The notes under the pieces were generated by a model, which saw nothing but the letters and a program-made list of their open reading frames with translations, was not told where the DNA came from and did no database searches. Positions 23,818 to 35,896 of a stretch of 58,971 bases of DNA are shown here, one piece after another (position 1 is the stretch's first letter; each line of letters opens with the position of its first letter). Source of the DNA: Mizuhopecten yessoensis (lineage: Eukaryota); contig NW_018406089.1 of the NCBI RefSeq assembly GCF_002113885.1, forward strand, positions 260,351 through 319,321, in the 5' to 3' direction. The translations under genes were made by a program, and so were the position numbers.

Positions 23818-24907
23818 CCCCCTACTTGGGGACACCGACGCAACAAAAGTGAAGCTGCTGTACCCATTGCAACATTTGGAAGCTTTCCATTTTCTCTCTA
23901 CTTCATATACACCTTTTTGATTCCTAGCACCACTCGTTTGCAAATAACCTCACTTTTAGCCTTCGTGAAGAACGTTCGCCCAAGTTTTCTGACCCCAGGC
24001 CTCCTTTGACAAACCAAAGTCTTTTAAAGTGGTAGTTGTTATTTCCTGCTTAGCCTTCAGCACTACTCGTTGTCAGTATCATGTGACCGAGTGGTATATT
24101 GTGTTGGGAGCCTGTTGCGTGGTATTTCGGTGAGGTAGCACTCTAAAGTCGGCATCAGGTCAACGCCATCGCATGGTTTGGTTTGGTTTTATTTTGTTTA
24201 ACGTCCTATTAACATCTCAGGTCATTTAAGGACGTGCCTCCATGTGTGTGGCGTAAGCGTTTAAGTGTGTATGTGTGCTTCCTTATGATAGCGCGGATGG
24301 GATGCCGACTTTAAAGTGCTATCTCACTGAAACACCATGCCGAAGTCATTCAGGACAGCATTCCGGCCGGTCACGTTATACTGACAACGGGTGAACCAGC
24401 TGTCATACCCCTCAATGCTGAAAGTTTTGCAGGGAATAACAACTACCATTTTAAAGGGCTTTGGTATGACCCGTCCTGGGGAGATAACCCATTGCCTTCC
24501 TCACCTGGGCGAACGCTCAACATTAAATCCAGAAGTGAGGTATGGCCAAGCTAGGCACTAGGAAATAGAGGTTAGTTAGAATTAAAAAGAAAGACAAACA
24601 TCCCAAATGTTCCAAAGGTTGCAGCAGATTTATTTTGGTCGCTTTCCCCCCCTAAGTAAAGGGTGCAAATCCAAATCTCCAACTCTGCAGGATCCCAATC
24701 AGTCGCCTCTTACAATACATGCAGTGCGTAAACAGCAGGTGCATTCTTTTCTCGATCCCCGACCTGCAGGGGTGGTTATCGCATGGAGTCGATACTACAT
24801 CGAAGTACCGCATTCAGTAGACATGCACGCATGCATTGCACCCATAGAAGCACGTCCTTAAATGACCTTCGCTATTAATAGGACGTTAAACCAAATAAAA
24901 GCAAACC
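23818..24907 (+). mobile_element. tRNA-related SINE (MetaSINE-like core, from recall), interrupted by a second copy
   Basis: Head remnant gaacgttcgccc, core caaagtcttttaaagtggtagttg...tcagcact...gtcagtatcatgtgaccg, tail gcacgtccttaaatgacc...aataggacgttaaaccaaa (24851-24907). Confidence 0.65.
24177..24777 (-). mobile_element. Same-family SINE inserted in opposite orientation inside the previous one
   Basis: Reverse-strand tail (ggtttggttt...tttaacgtcctattaac...catttaaggacgtgc), core and head (ttgagcgttcgcccaggtgagg); flanked by ATCGCATGG at 24168-24176 and 24778-24786 (TSD). Confidence 0.75.
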
Positions 24908-25251
24908 GACTCACATACTTTCTATAAATGTCAACACATACTTTCTGTTCGATCGTTTTATTTTATTAACAAATAATACAATTCACATTAAAATTAACAA
25001 TCTTAACAAACAACAAACGTTATGGATGATAAACTTATAACTTAATACAATTAACAATATATGATTAAATGCAGTATGTTAGACGCTATGATCTGTACTG
25101 GAATACTGAGTTATCTAATACAAGACTAGTAGTTTTCTCCGTTCACAAATGATAACCGTTGAGAAGCAATTATTGGCACATAAACAAGACGAATATAACT
25201 AACTAAAAGGTCATTATCAGATCCATTATATATAACCGTGTTGTTACATGC

Positions 25252-27487
25252 TTAACAATCGGATGAAAACTGAAAAGGTGCAAGCGGACATGTACCATGA
25301 TTGTATGAATGCTCGTATTTGCCCAGACATCTAAAGCAAAAACGGAAGCCACACGATTGGTACTGACAGGTCATTGACAAACATCCGCCCATATGTTCAA
25401 TTATACTCCAACACTTAGGACATGCCCGGAGCTTTAGGATTTCCATATATGTTTTTGGTGAATCATGGAGAAGGGAGATGATGACGTCGTCAGGGTACAC
25501 GTTTGTCGATTCTATTTCTTGTTGCTTGAGAGTGTTTATGTGGAGCTTAGTTTGAAATAAACTCTTTTCTTCTACTGACAGAACAGCAGAAAGTGTGATA
25601 GTGCGTTCATTCCACTCGCAGCCACATTGGTCTCCCTTGATGTTTGTGATATATGGACACGTGATTGCAGAATTCCCTTTCTCTAGCTCGTACCAACAGT
25701 AGTCATACAGGGCCTGAGGGGCTACAATTAAAAAATTGCGACTGTCAAAAAATAACGATTTCGAAACATTTCTTTGAATTAAAAAATAAAAAATAGCATA
25801 ATTTTTCGTTAAATGATTTGTTTTTGTAAGATATAGGTAACCATACAGAATATGGGCTAATAGTTGTTTACAAATGACCAAAATAAGGTTATCGTAATAT
25901 CATATTTACAGAACTTTCAACTATGGTTGGTAAAAACGAGTTGTTATACTAACTGATAGCGTGTCCACATGGCATTTCGGCCCTTTTCTCCACTGCGTCC
26001 AGCGTTATCATGCACGGTTGAGTGGACCTTTTCACACCATTCCATAGCCTCCTCATCCGAACCAGTGTGTAGACTGCTTCAATAACGTCGTCGTCAGTGA
26101 AAACCTTACTTATCAAGCATTCTTTGGCAACGTCCACCGTTCGGCCGAGCCGTTTTATAACTGTCCCTGGGGGAAGTCGTTTAAACAAGGCCGACATCGT
26201 ATTTTTCTTTCTCTGTAAAACAAAACACATTAAGAAATTTAGAAGTTTTTCAAAAGAGGTTGAAGAGGCTAATACAACGTTTTGTTAGTATTTTGAACAT
26301 ATTACAGGTAAAACAGTATTCATATGAAAGTTATCGATTTAACGCGTATAGAAATGTATATATCTCACTTTTACAAAGAAAATTGCATATCGTTTAAAGG
26401 GAGGTAACCACTATTTGTCCAACTGTATTCTGATATTGAATCGGCTTTTTGTATATCTTGTGAGAAAAGGCAACATCAACGTACACTGTTATATGATTTT
26501 ATGTAGTTATTAACTGCTCTTTAAATAAGGTTTTACTGGCTATATTTATCCCAGGTTTGTTATAATGAAGACATCAATTACAAAGCTTTATTTTGATAGA
26601 CCTATTATTAATACTAACTATTTAAGATATTGTGTTTAGCCCATTTTGAAGGGATTAATTAAATGTTTTTGATTGTTTGTTTCTCCAGGGCTGGTATTCG
26701 TGAAACTGTTTTGTTTTCATGCTCAAATTCAGATGCTGCGCTATAGCTCTATTTCTTGTTCCAAGGAAGAAATAATGAAATTCTAATTTTATCAATAATT
26801 TGGAAGAATTTTGAAGAAAGTTAAAGCCGAATACTATTTTCAGCATTTGACAATGTCACATGACTTAAGCAAGTTACAGAAGGATGGTTTAAAACATAGA
26901 CTCCATGCTTGAGCGTGAAAGCGGTATCATAAATACGGGCCCTGATATTCTTTACTCCAAATAACTGATAAATTGCAAGGGACAGTTAAATGATCGAAAA
27001 TATTATTTATGTATTAAGTTTTTGCAGACATCTTTTCAACATATATGGAATATATAAATTTGATATCATTCCACTGCTGCTGTAAAATTATTGATGAATT
27101 GAAACATAGTTTACAAAATATTTTCAATTAATAATTAAACTATCAAGATGTCGACTTTTTCTAGCAAACATAAAGAAATTATTGAAGGTTGGATATTTTT
27201 CCAGTTGAAATAAGAATGGACATTCATCTTTTATCGAATTGACAACGACACACTTTTGATTGATTAACAACGTCTATATAAAACATTAATTCACATTATT
27301 TCTGCTATTTCAGCGATAATGCACATTTATTTCGTATGATATAGACTTAATTCAAACATTTTGTCAATGAACAATACACAAGTTATGGCTATCATGAGCA
27401 ACACAATAGACAAAACCAAATATATATTACCTCACTTAGTCGAATGTGACTTTCCTCAGAATCAGGGTGAACGATAGTTATTTTCAT
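25252..27487 (-). CDS. Mini-RBR family copy A: Ubl-like + degenerate RING1 + Rcat, no IBR; 261 aa
   Basis: Exons 27487-27431 (MKITIVHPDSEESHIRLSE), 26212-25954, 25721-25252; GT-AG, phases 0 and 1, open frame. Motifs RAEMPCGHAITPQAL, TCPY..C, RACPKC..GGCLSMTC..CGFRFCFRC..H..C. Confidence 0.88.
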
Positions 27488-27559
27488 GTTGATGCTGTCG
27501 TCTACAGCTGTTCGTTACTGTAGCGTTACGTATTGTGTGGATAAAGGCATCACCAGCCA

Positions 27560-27620
27560 TGTTTTATATATAAACTGAAGCAGCAGTCAGATCTATATTT
27601 AGATCGCTGCTACGTCAGCT
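27560..27620 (-). promoter_or_regulatory. Family promoter module (TATA box, MEF2-consensus site, half-CRE) of copy A
   Basis: TATA-like tttatatataaa 27563-27574, CTATATTTAG 27593-27602, CGTCA 27613-27617; same module upstream of every copy. Confidence 0.6.
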
Positions 27621-29634
27621 AGTCAGGTCTGAACAAGTCTGAGCAGAGCCTAACCTGATGATTCAGTCGTTATCAATTCAAGATACAAGTAAACGAAAAC
27701 AAGAAAAAAAAAGTATAAACATGTTTCAAACAAATTGTTTAAGTCAACCTGTTGACATTGACATTATCTTAATGAATTTCCATTAAGTACATGCATATTG
27801 TACATACAGCATTCATAATATCAGTCATATTTTGATACATTACACAGACGTGTTTAGTATTTTAGTGTATAACTTAATCAAGATAAGCCAACAAAGATAC
27901 AGCGGCTGCCCGACTCGGCTACCGATATCTCAGTTGCACCAGGTTACTATAGGCTGTACTAGCTAGCTGTGTGTGACGAGACAGTAAAACTTTTACCATT
28001 ACCTACATTATATATACTAATACATCAGTTCAGTTCTTAACTTATGGCAGTTACATATAAGGGGACAAAGACACCCACACTTACTCGCACACATCATCAG
28101 GGATGATATTTTCACATTTGTACTGTTTTATCACATGAAAATTTACACTTTTCAGTTAAGGAATTGAACTTGAAATATATTATTTAAGAGTTGATGTTGT
28201 ATTTTTGTATTGATGTGGTCTGTGATTTTCAATGGTTTAATATGTTCAACTCTTGTCTATTATATGTCTCCAAAATGGAATGTTTTTGCAGCTTTTTCCC
28301 CAGTAAATCACGAAAAATACTATATAATCAAAAATATTGCATTACCAATCAGATTTTAAAATGTTATTTCACTACACATGGGAAACCTCATATTTCATAT
28401 TTCTGTAAGCTTACGTAAACTTGGGTCGGTCCTTTGACTCACTCCTGCAGAACTATTGACTTGTAATATGTAAAATTAGAATTAGAATTTCACACTGTAA
28501 GTATCATTTTAGCGTGTTATTAACGGACATTGGCAGAAACAGGAGCCCGATGCCATCCCCCAATGAATCAGTTGCTTGTGGAAGGGGAAAAGAGGAGGTT
28601 GGAGGGAGGGTGTTGGGTAGCAATTGCCATGCCTGCCCTGTGTCCCCAGGTGTCAAACCTAGTTATTAGTCAGAACTTACTTGGGTTTTGTTTTGCAAGA
28701 CCATTCCTTGATCTAGTGACAATGTCGGGGTGTGCCGACCAACACGGAGACTTATTAATTTATCTAAATGTTACAATGTGAGAGTCATTCTTTAATTTGA
28801 TGAGGAGTGGAAATTAAAATAGCATGTTAAGATTTTACACCTTTATGGATCAGACCAGGTACAGACGAAACGTTGTAATAATAATTAATTCACATGCAAC
28901 GAATGAATAATTATTTAAGATATAACAAAATGCCTAACCTAAGGTACAGACTCCTGGTTAATTTGATTGATACAGATTACGAAGACCATCGTTATTATAA
29001 ACCTATCCCCTATCCCCTCCCACACACGCAAATTTATCAATCTCACTCTGTCCGGGTCTCGAAGTCACGACCTACGGCATCTAATTGCCTAGACTAGAAC
29101 TCTCCACAGCTCCTCAGTCGTAGTGTTAGAAGCTGCAGATATTTATAGGCTAGACAGGGTACTATTCATAAAATAGTCCTCCTTCGTCATTTGTGTTTCT
29201 GTCGTGATTTTTACACGTGTTTGTCATGCTGTCACTTTGACTGAACAGTTGAAAATCGTCACTAAAATTTAATTATCTCCAAATGTGTTCTTTAAACAAA
29301 CAAAAATGACGACAATGTAATATCCTCAACGTTGTTTGGCGCTTCTACGGGAGTCGTTGTGTAGCCGGCTTTTAATATAATATTACTATGCTTTTGCTCC
29401 TGAATATATTACGTTATTCTTTCTCACTCTGGGCAATTTAGAAATTCTGACTGTGAATCAACACATGTAAACTTTCTGTCAGAATAGGTTTCTGTATCAA
29501 CAAAATAATAATAATCGATATTAACATCAGGGTTTGCCTTTGGCAAAGAATTTAATAGCACATGTATATGACGAGTAGACGAGATTTAGTCATTTCCAAA
29601 TACAGCATGATTTGATTTTACCTCATCAATTGGC

Positions 29635-30005
29635 TGATAATTGTAAAGGTGCCATCTGACACATGATTGTACTCTGGCAGTAAAAAGTCAAAAAGACATC
29701 TAAAGCAGAAACGGAAGCCACAAGAAGGGTACTGACAAGTCATTGACAAACATCAGTCCGCATGTTTAATCTTCAACATTTAGGACATGCCCGGTGCGTA
29801 AGAAATATCCCAGTTCTAAATAGTGTGTTTGGTGAGTTATGAAGAAGGGAGATCATGGCGTCGTCGAGTACACATTTATCGATTCTATTTCTCGCTTCTT
29901 AATTGATTCTGTTTATGTGGTGTTTAGTCTGAAATAACCTCTTTTCTCTATAGGTCATAACTGCGGAAAGCGAGATAATGCGTGTCCTCCATTCACAACC
30001 ACACA
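29635..30005 (-). pseudogene. Degenerate exon-3 relic of the mini-RBR family
   Basis: Contains agacatctaaagcagaaacggaagccacaagaagggtactgaca and ttaggacatgcccgg as in the intact copies, but with stops and frameshifts and no upstream exons. Confidence 0.82.
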
Positions 30006-30422
30006 AGCATAATACTCATGTCATGTTGACAATACGTTAGAACACCATTATATAAACAATGAAAACAAGACCGGCCTTGGATTTCATATTTGCTAGTCAA
30101 GGTATTTTGTTATCTAATAAATCACACAATCATGATTATATAACACTCTGTCAAAACATTTCAGTTTATTATCAAAATAATAATGGTACATTATAACATT
30201 TATGCATATATGGACAACACTTAACAACACAGAAGCATGTTCAAATGTATAACGCAACACAGTGTACTACAATGGCATGAAACAGACAATATGGTCTGTG
30301 AGAGACACTTGTTTACCAACGTTTGACTGTTATATACATCGTGGGCAAGTATCAGTCGGTATCAAGTAATGTGATAAATTTAGTTCACCGAATGTGAAAT
30401 GGTTTGAACCAAATCTCCTTTT

Positions 30423-31829
30423 TCAATCGGATGCAAATTGTAAAGGTGCTTGCAGGCACTTACAATGATCTATCCCTGGTCCGTATTCATCTAGACATCT
30501 AAAGCAGAAACGGAAGCCACAAGAAGGGTACTGACATGTCATTGACAAACATCCGTCCGCATGTTCAATTATACTCCAACACTTAGGACATGCCCGGTGT
30601 TTTAAAGCGTTCGTACGTCCATATCCTAATAGTTTTGGCGAATTATGGAGAAGCGAAATCATGATGTCATCAGGGTACACATTTTTCGATTCCGTTTCTT
30701 GCTGCTTGATTCGATTTTTGTCGAGCTTAGTTTGAAATAACATCTTTTCTGTTTTGGACATAGCAGCAGAAAGTGTGATAGCTTGTCTTTTCCACATGTA
30801 TCCGCAGGTTTCTCCCTTAATGTTTGTGATATAAGGACACGTGATTTTGGAACTTCCTTTCTCCAGCTCACACCAGCAATAGTCATACAGGGCCTGAGGT
30901 GCTGCAATATAACAAATATTGCAACAATTAAAATATGTTTCAGCACATCTAACATTTAAATGACGTAAAACTTTGTTTTTGCTGATGAAGGATACATGCT
31001 TTTAACTGCCAACACAAATCAATTATCCATATTTAAACAACTCACCAACATAAGTGAACAACTGCAGTTAGTGTAAAATGATAGTTTTTTTGGGCGGGGG
31101 TTTAATACTTACTGATAGCATGTCCGCACGGCATTTCTGCCCTTTGCACATCTGTGTCCAGTGTTATCATGCACTGGTCAGCTGACTTTTTCATGCACCT
31201 CCATAGCTTCCTTGTTTCGACCAGCTGTGTGTAGAATGCTTCAGCAACGTCGCCGTGAGTGAAAACCTTACTTATCAAGCATTCTCTGTCGGCGTCGACC
31301 GTTCGTCCAAGCCGTTTTATAACTGTCCCTTGTGGAAATTGCTTAAATAAGGCCGACAACTTGGTCTTCTGTCTCTATAAAAACACAAAATATAAACAGA
31401 TAAGGATATATGTTGAAAAGATACCACCTTTTGTCAGTATTTTTATGGTAACATCCTAAAGATTCATTGTTGTGGACCTCAATGAACATTTCTATGATTC
31501 AAATTATAAACCGCACATATTTACTGCATAATTGGGGTGTGTAAACAAAGATATTATTTTCTTTCGGGCATAATTTGAAAAGTTGAATTGACTAGTTGCT
31601 ATCCTTTTCAGATATTTAACGGTATTCTTTCTGAACATATTAAATGAGTTAATCGGAAAAAAGTATTGAATTATTGCAGCATGATTGCATATTGTTTGAC
31701 AACCGACAGTTATCAAACTAGCTGTAGATATTGTTAACACCAAATTTGAATAACGAAACCAGGTATATTTACCTCACTAAATCGAATATGACTGCGCTTT
31801 AAATCAGGGTGGATGACAGTTATTTTCAT
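30423..31829 (-). CDS. Mini-RBR family copy B; 265 aa
   Basis: Exons 31829-31773, 31374-31113, 30901-30423; canonical splice sites, open frame; Rcat HRACPKCWSIIEHADGCLSMTCQYPSCGFRFCFRC; AATAAA at ~30165-30170. Confidence 0.88.
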
Positions 31830-32728
31830 GCTTATGACTTTCTCTCTCCTTTACCGTACGTGTTGTGTGAATACGTGAGCGGTGGACAGCTTTTATACAG
31901 CTAAATGTTTCAGTCAGACCTATATTTAGATTGTCGCTTCGTCAACATTTTTTAGCTTACTGGTCCGAACAGGTAGGTCTGTGTATAACCTAGCAATTCA
32001 GTCGTTATCAATACGAGTAGACGGATAGTAGGCGGTGTTTGAATGGAGGAATGCAATTATATATGTTCTGATTATAGTTACAGTCTTATAAGTAACTTCC
32101 TGTAATATTCCATTCAGTTTTAATATTACATTGCCAAGTATACGAAAAGAAGATTTTGTTTGGAAAATTCATAATGACATCTCATTAAGGGGATTTAAGT
32201 ACATCTAGTGAGTTGTAGTAAATTAAATGAGTGCAGTACGTACAGTAAATGATCCACAGTGGAACATATAAATTATGATAAATTATGATAAATTATGTAA
32301 TTAAAATCCACTGCGCCATCCGACCCCCCGATTTGTGTTTTGGTTTTGTTGATATTACCCAGGTTTGACTTTGTAGACGCGCCATTACTGATTTCACCTA
32401 TATTTACATTGCGGTCAGCACTGATATAGCAGAACATATCTAACACTCCAGAACACCTGTTCGTATTCACCTTGAAGGTTTTTTCAGGGTATCCATTTGA
32501 AAATGTCTTTAATTCATGATGAAAACTAGGCGTAAACTTTGTTTTAACACATCACACTACATATTGATTCGGGTTCAGATTTGTTGTGAATTGGTTTTAT
32601 GACAGAATGAAAGAGACAAACGTATTTATCTAAAATTTTATTTTACAAAAAACTTAAAAAAGATAACTAAGGCCCATTTCAAATTATGGGCACATATGTT
32701 TGACCCTCATCACAACCATCCATTAGAT

Positions 32729-35275
32729 GGACTGAGGTCACAATTTAATGCTTCCGAGTTCAGTACCCACGAATGAAGTCCCTTAGAAATATAGGTACTT
32801 TAGTAAAAAGACACCCTCAGTATTTCTTCCGAAATTCTGGTACTTTGGCAAGGAAACATTCAGCGTTCGGTGACATCCCTCATTGTTTTGGGTAGATGTG
32901 TTGAGTCGCATTGATTGGACTGTCTCGGTGCTGAGTTTCATCTTCAGTAGTTCCAGCACTAACATCTCATCATCTTATGTCATCTGTAGGCCGTGAACTT
33001 TGTTGGCACTCAGGAACATTGAGCGTGTCCACCAATTGTTACTGTCACCCCCAGAGCACACGACAGAATGTTGTTTGCATTTGGAGCAGTCACCGGAGTA
33101 GCATGAAACAGTCGCATCAAGCACAGCTGATACACGTTTTGATATAATGTCCATGTTTCCATTGTGTAGTTTCATCAGGTCCTTGAAGATCAGACTGCTC
33201 CGGGCTTTCAGGTCCTGAGAAAATATTTTCTGGGAATGTGCTCTCATCAGTCTGATTCGGCAAGGAAATATGGACTCACTGAACTTGGTACTGTTAGACT
33301 TCCGGAACTGTGCCTTGCCTAAATGTGTTGGGTCGGCCAGTCTCTCGACCTTCCACATGGAATCTAGGGCTTGTGTGGCCTCCTCAATACCTTTGGCTCC
33401 AGTACCGTCCCCGTCAGTCGTGGCGTACTTGACCAAAATACCTGACTGGTCAGCTGATCTCCAATGTTTTTTCCCATGGCTTGCTCTGACAGGCCGTCGT
33501 ATCGGTCAGTGTTGGCTGTGCAGTCAGGGTGGCCTCCAGGACAGTTGACATCATATCCTTTTCCCCTCAGCCAAGCACCAGTCCAGCACAGCTTGGTCTG
33601 AAGTGTGCGTGCTACTATCCACTTCTTAGGTGTTGATGTCTCAATGCCCAGACTCATTCCCTGTGAGGCATCCATGCCAGGTTTCTTAGCACTTCCAAAT
33701 GATGTGCTGTTGTATCGCCCGTCCAGTGCTATTCCGATAGTGCTCGGATTAGCATCCCCTCTCAGGTGATTAACCTCCACTACCTGTCTGGTCTTCTCGG
33801 CCATGTCTATTTTGTTGAGTGCTGTTATCTCCTTGGACACCATCTTAGCTTGTCGCTGCATCCAACTTTTTGCTCCGGCAGGTATGTTGAGGTGTCCGAG
33901 AAGCAGTCTGGCTCATTTGGTGCTGACAGATTGGCCACACAGAGCTGATGGTAGGTACCTGTTCACAAGTGCTGTCTTTGGTCCGGGCTTATTTGTGTCC
34001 GCTTCTCTGCAGAGCTTGTACAGTGGAGACCGGTAGCTGCACTTATCACACCGCACGGAACAACTCCATCCCAGTGCCCGTTTCCTCTCGGTGTCAAGTT
34101 CAAACTCTGGAATTTTGCATGTCTCGTGTTTTTCTGTATGGATTCTGAATACAGAATTCCACATCTTTACCATTAAGAGCACATCAATATGTCTGTTTCC
34201 CTCGATATTGTCCGGTTCAGAGTCTGAGTCTTCATGAGAAAATGTTGATGGACGAAGTATCCGAGCTGGACATGGTCTGTCTTCAGTGTCCGAGGCTATA
34301 AGTGATCGACCATCATGCCTAGGCTTGATCACCAGCTTGAACTCCTCTGTAGTTAGCCTTCTGGTAAATACAGCCTGGTCATTTGGGTGTCCAGCTTGAT
34401 CTTCTACAGGCATAAGTGTCTGGTCCTTATTCTTGGGAATATTTCCAGGTTGAAAGTGATTTTTCCTCCTCTTAGTATCTCCCTTCATAGTAGTAATAGT
34501 AGTAGTGGTGGTCAGTGGTCGGTTGTGTTGAGAATCCAAAATCAGAGTTGCGCTGACCACTTGTCTACTCATTCTTATGTAGTTTGTTTGTTATCAACTT
34601 TAAAGATGATGATTTAGAAAACAGGAGAGCCTTAACATCAAAGAGATAGGTCCCTTCCCCCCCTGTCTTTGGCACTGGCTATCTGTCTATGTGTGTGTAT
34701 GCAGGTGGCTGTGGGTGCGTCCATGCGTGCAAGTTATATCTATGATAATTGTAATTGTCTCTAGAGTATTTTGTGTAGACATGGAGACTGAATGATGGTT
34801 ATGGCACTGTTTAAATATTCATTTAATGAAATAATTAAAAATTTAAAGCAAAAATTTAAATTAAATTCTTAAAAAATCTTTACTTGAAGATTATAATGTA
34901 AACACTTTATTTGAGTAAGTGGAGATATTATTCTACTTCATAAATCACTTTACAGAATTGAAATATCATATTTTTTTCAGAAGATATGATATTTTCCCTG
35001 ACCCTTGTAGTTAGAAATATATGTAGAAAATGTCTGTCAAACTCAGCACAAAATCACAGTAGGATAGGGGTTTTTAAATTCATCATAACTTCTGTTTTAT
35101 ATGTCTTAAAATTATGCGGTTTTCACCAACAAGTTCAAAATTGCTTACAGTTACAGGAAAACTTTACTTTAAAATATAAAAAAGTCCTATAATAGGACTG
35201 AGGTCACAATTAAATGCTTCCGGGTTCAGTACCCACGAATGAGGTCCCTTAGAAATATAGGTACTTTAGTAAAAA
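32729..35275. repeat. Pair of 81-bp direct repeats (32729-32809 and 35195-35275) bracketing the transposase
   Basis: ggactgaggtcacaat...gtcccttagaaatataggtactttagtaaaaa, 3 mismatches; single copy at 46523-46603 in the duplicate unit. Confidence 0.9.
32810..34572 (-). mobile_element. Frameshifted DDE transposase (Mutator-like / Kolobok-type), 3'-truncated
   Basis: Consecutive minus ORFs 33913..34572, 33364..33861, 32975..33436, 32783..32965 with Cys/His N-terminal region and putative catalytic motifs IALDGRYNS, ATTDGDG, TQNNEG. Confidence 0.8.
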
Positions 35276-35811
35276 CTATACTATGCCTCTTAGAACTTGG
35301 TGTTTGTGTAAAAGTTTGGTGTTAAAATACTGTGGAGACATCAATCTAACAATTTCTATGTCAAATTTTTATATTGAACATTTCTTTTTTGGTGCAGGGT
35401 GCTGTGTGAAAAGTCCTGTGTTTACCTCTACCCCTGCCCCGCAAGATGTTGGTCTTGACCAGGTTAGAAGGAAAGTTGGCTATCGGATATTGGGAATTTG
35501 TTATGAAATTAAATGTTACAATGAAACATATAGTAAAATTAATTGTGGTCTTAGTCCAGATACAACCTGTTGATGTGACCTTGATGTTAACCTACACTTC
35601 TTGATTTCAATATCCAGGCTTCATCTCACGTACGGTTCTCGCTTGACAATCTCTTTTTCTGGAGCCTTGTTGGGAGTATTCAATGGCTTAGGGAGTAAAA
35701 AGAAATTAGGTCACAATATATTCTTGGTGACCGAGTTAGTGTTTGGACATCGGATGCAGTTGTTGACGTTTTTTAAAAGATATTGTTATGATAATAATGC
35801 CGGATAGGTCT

Positions 35812-35896
35812 CAATCTGATTAAAATCATCTGTTACATGGTTCAGGCGTAGAACGAAGTTAACGAAGCCATGTAACATATGATTTTAATCAGATTG
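35812..35896. mobile_element. 85-bp MITE with 29-bp TIRs and 9-bp TSD (Mutator-like signature)
   Basis: GATAGGTCT|caatctgattaaaatcatctgttacatgg ... ccatgtaacatatgattttaatcagattg|GATAGGTCT. Confidence 0.85.

Noticed and set aside
25252-27487. Naming the family as parkin, ARIH or RNF144 orthologs
   Set aside because: RING0, IBR, Ariadne and TM domains are missing; only motif-level similarity is visible, so no gene symbol was assigned.
28191-28781. Short ORFs conserved between the duplicated units (42127, 42518)
   Set aside because: Conservation is explained by recent duplication; non-ATG starts, and stops/indels differ between copies.
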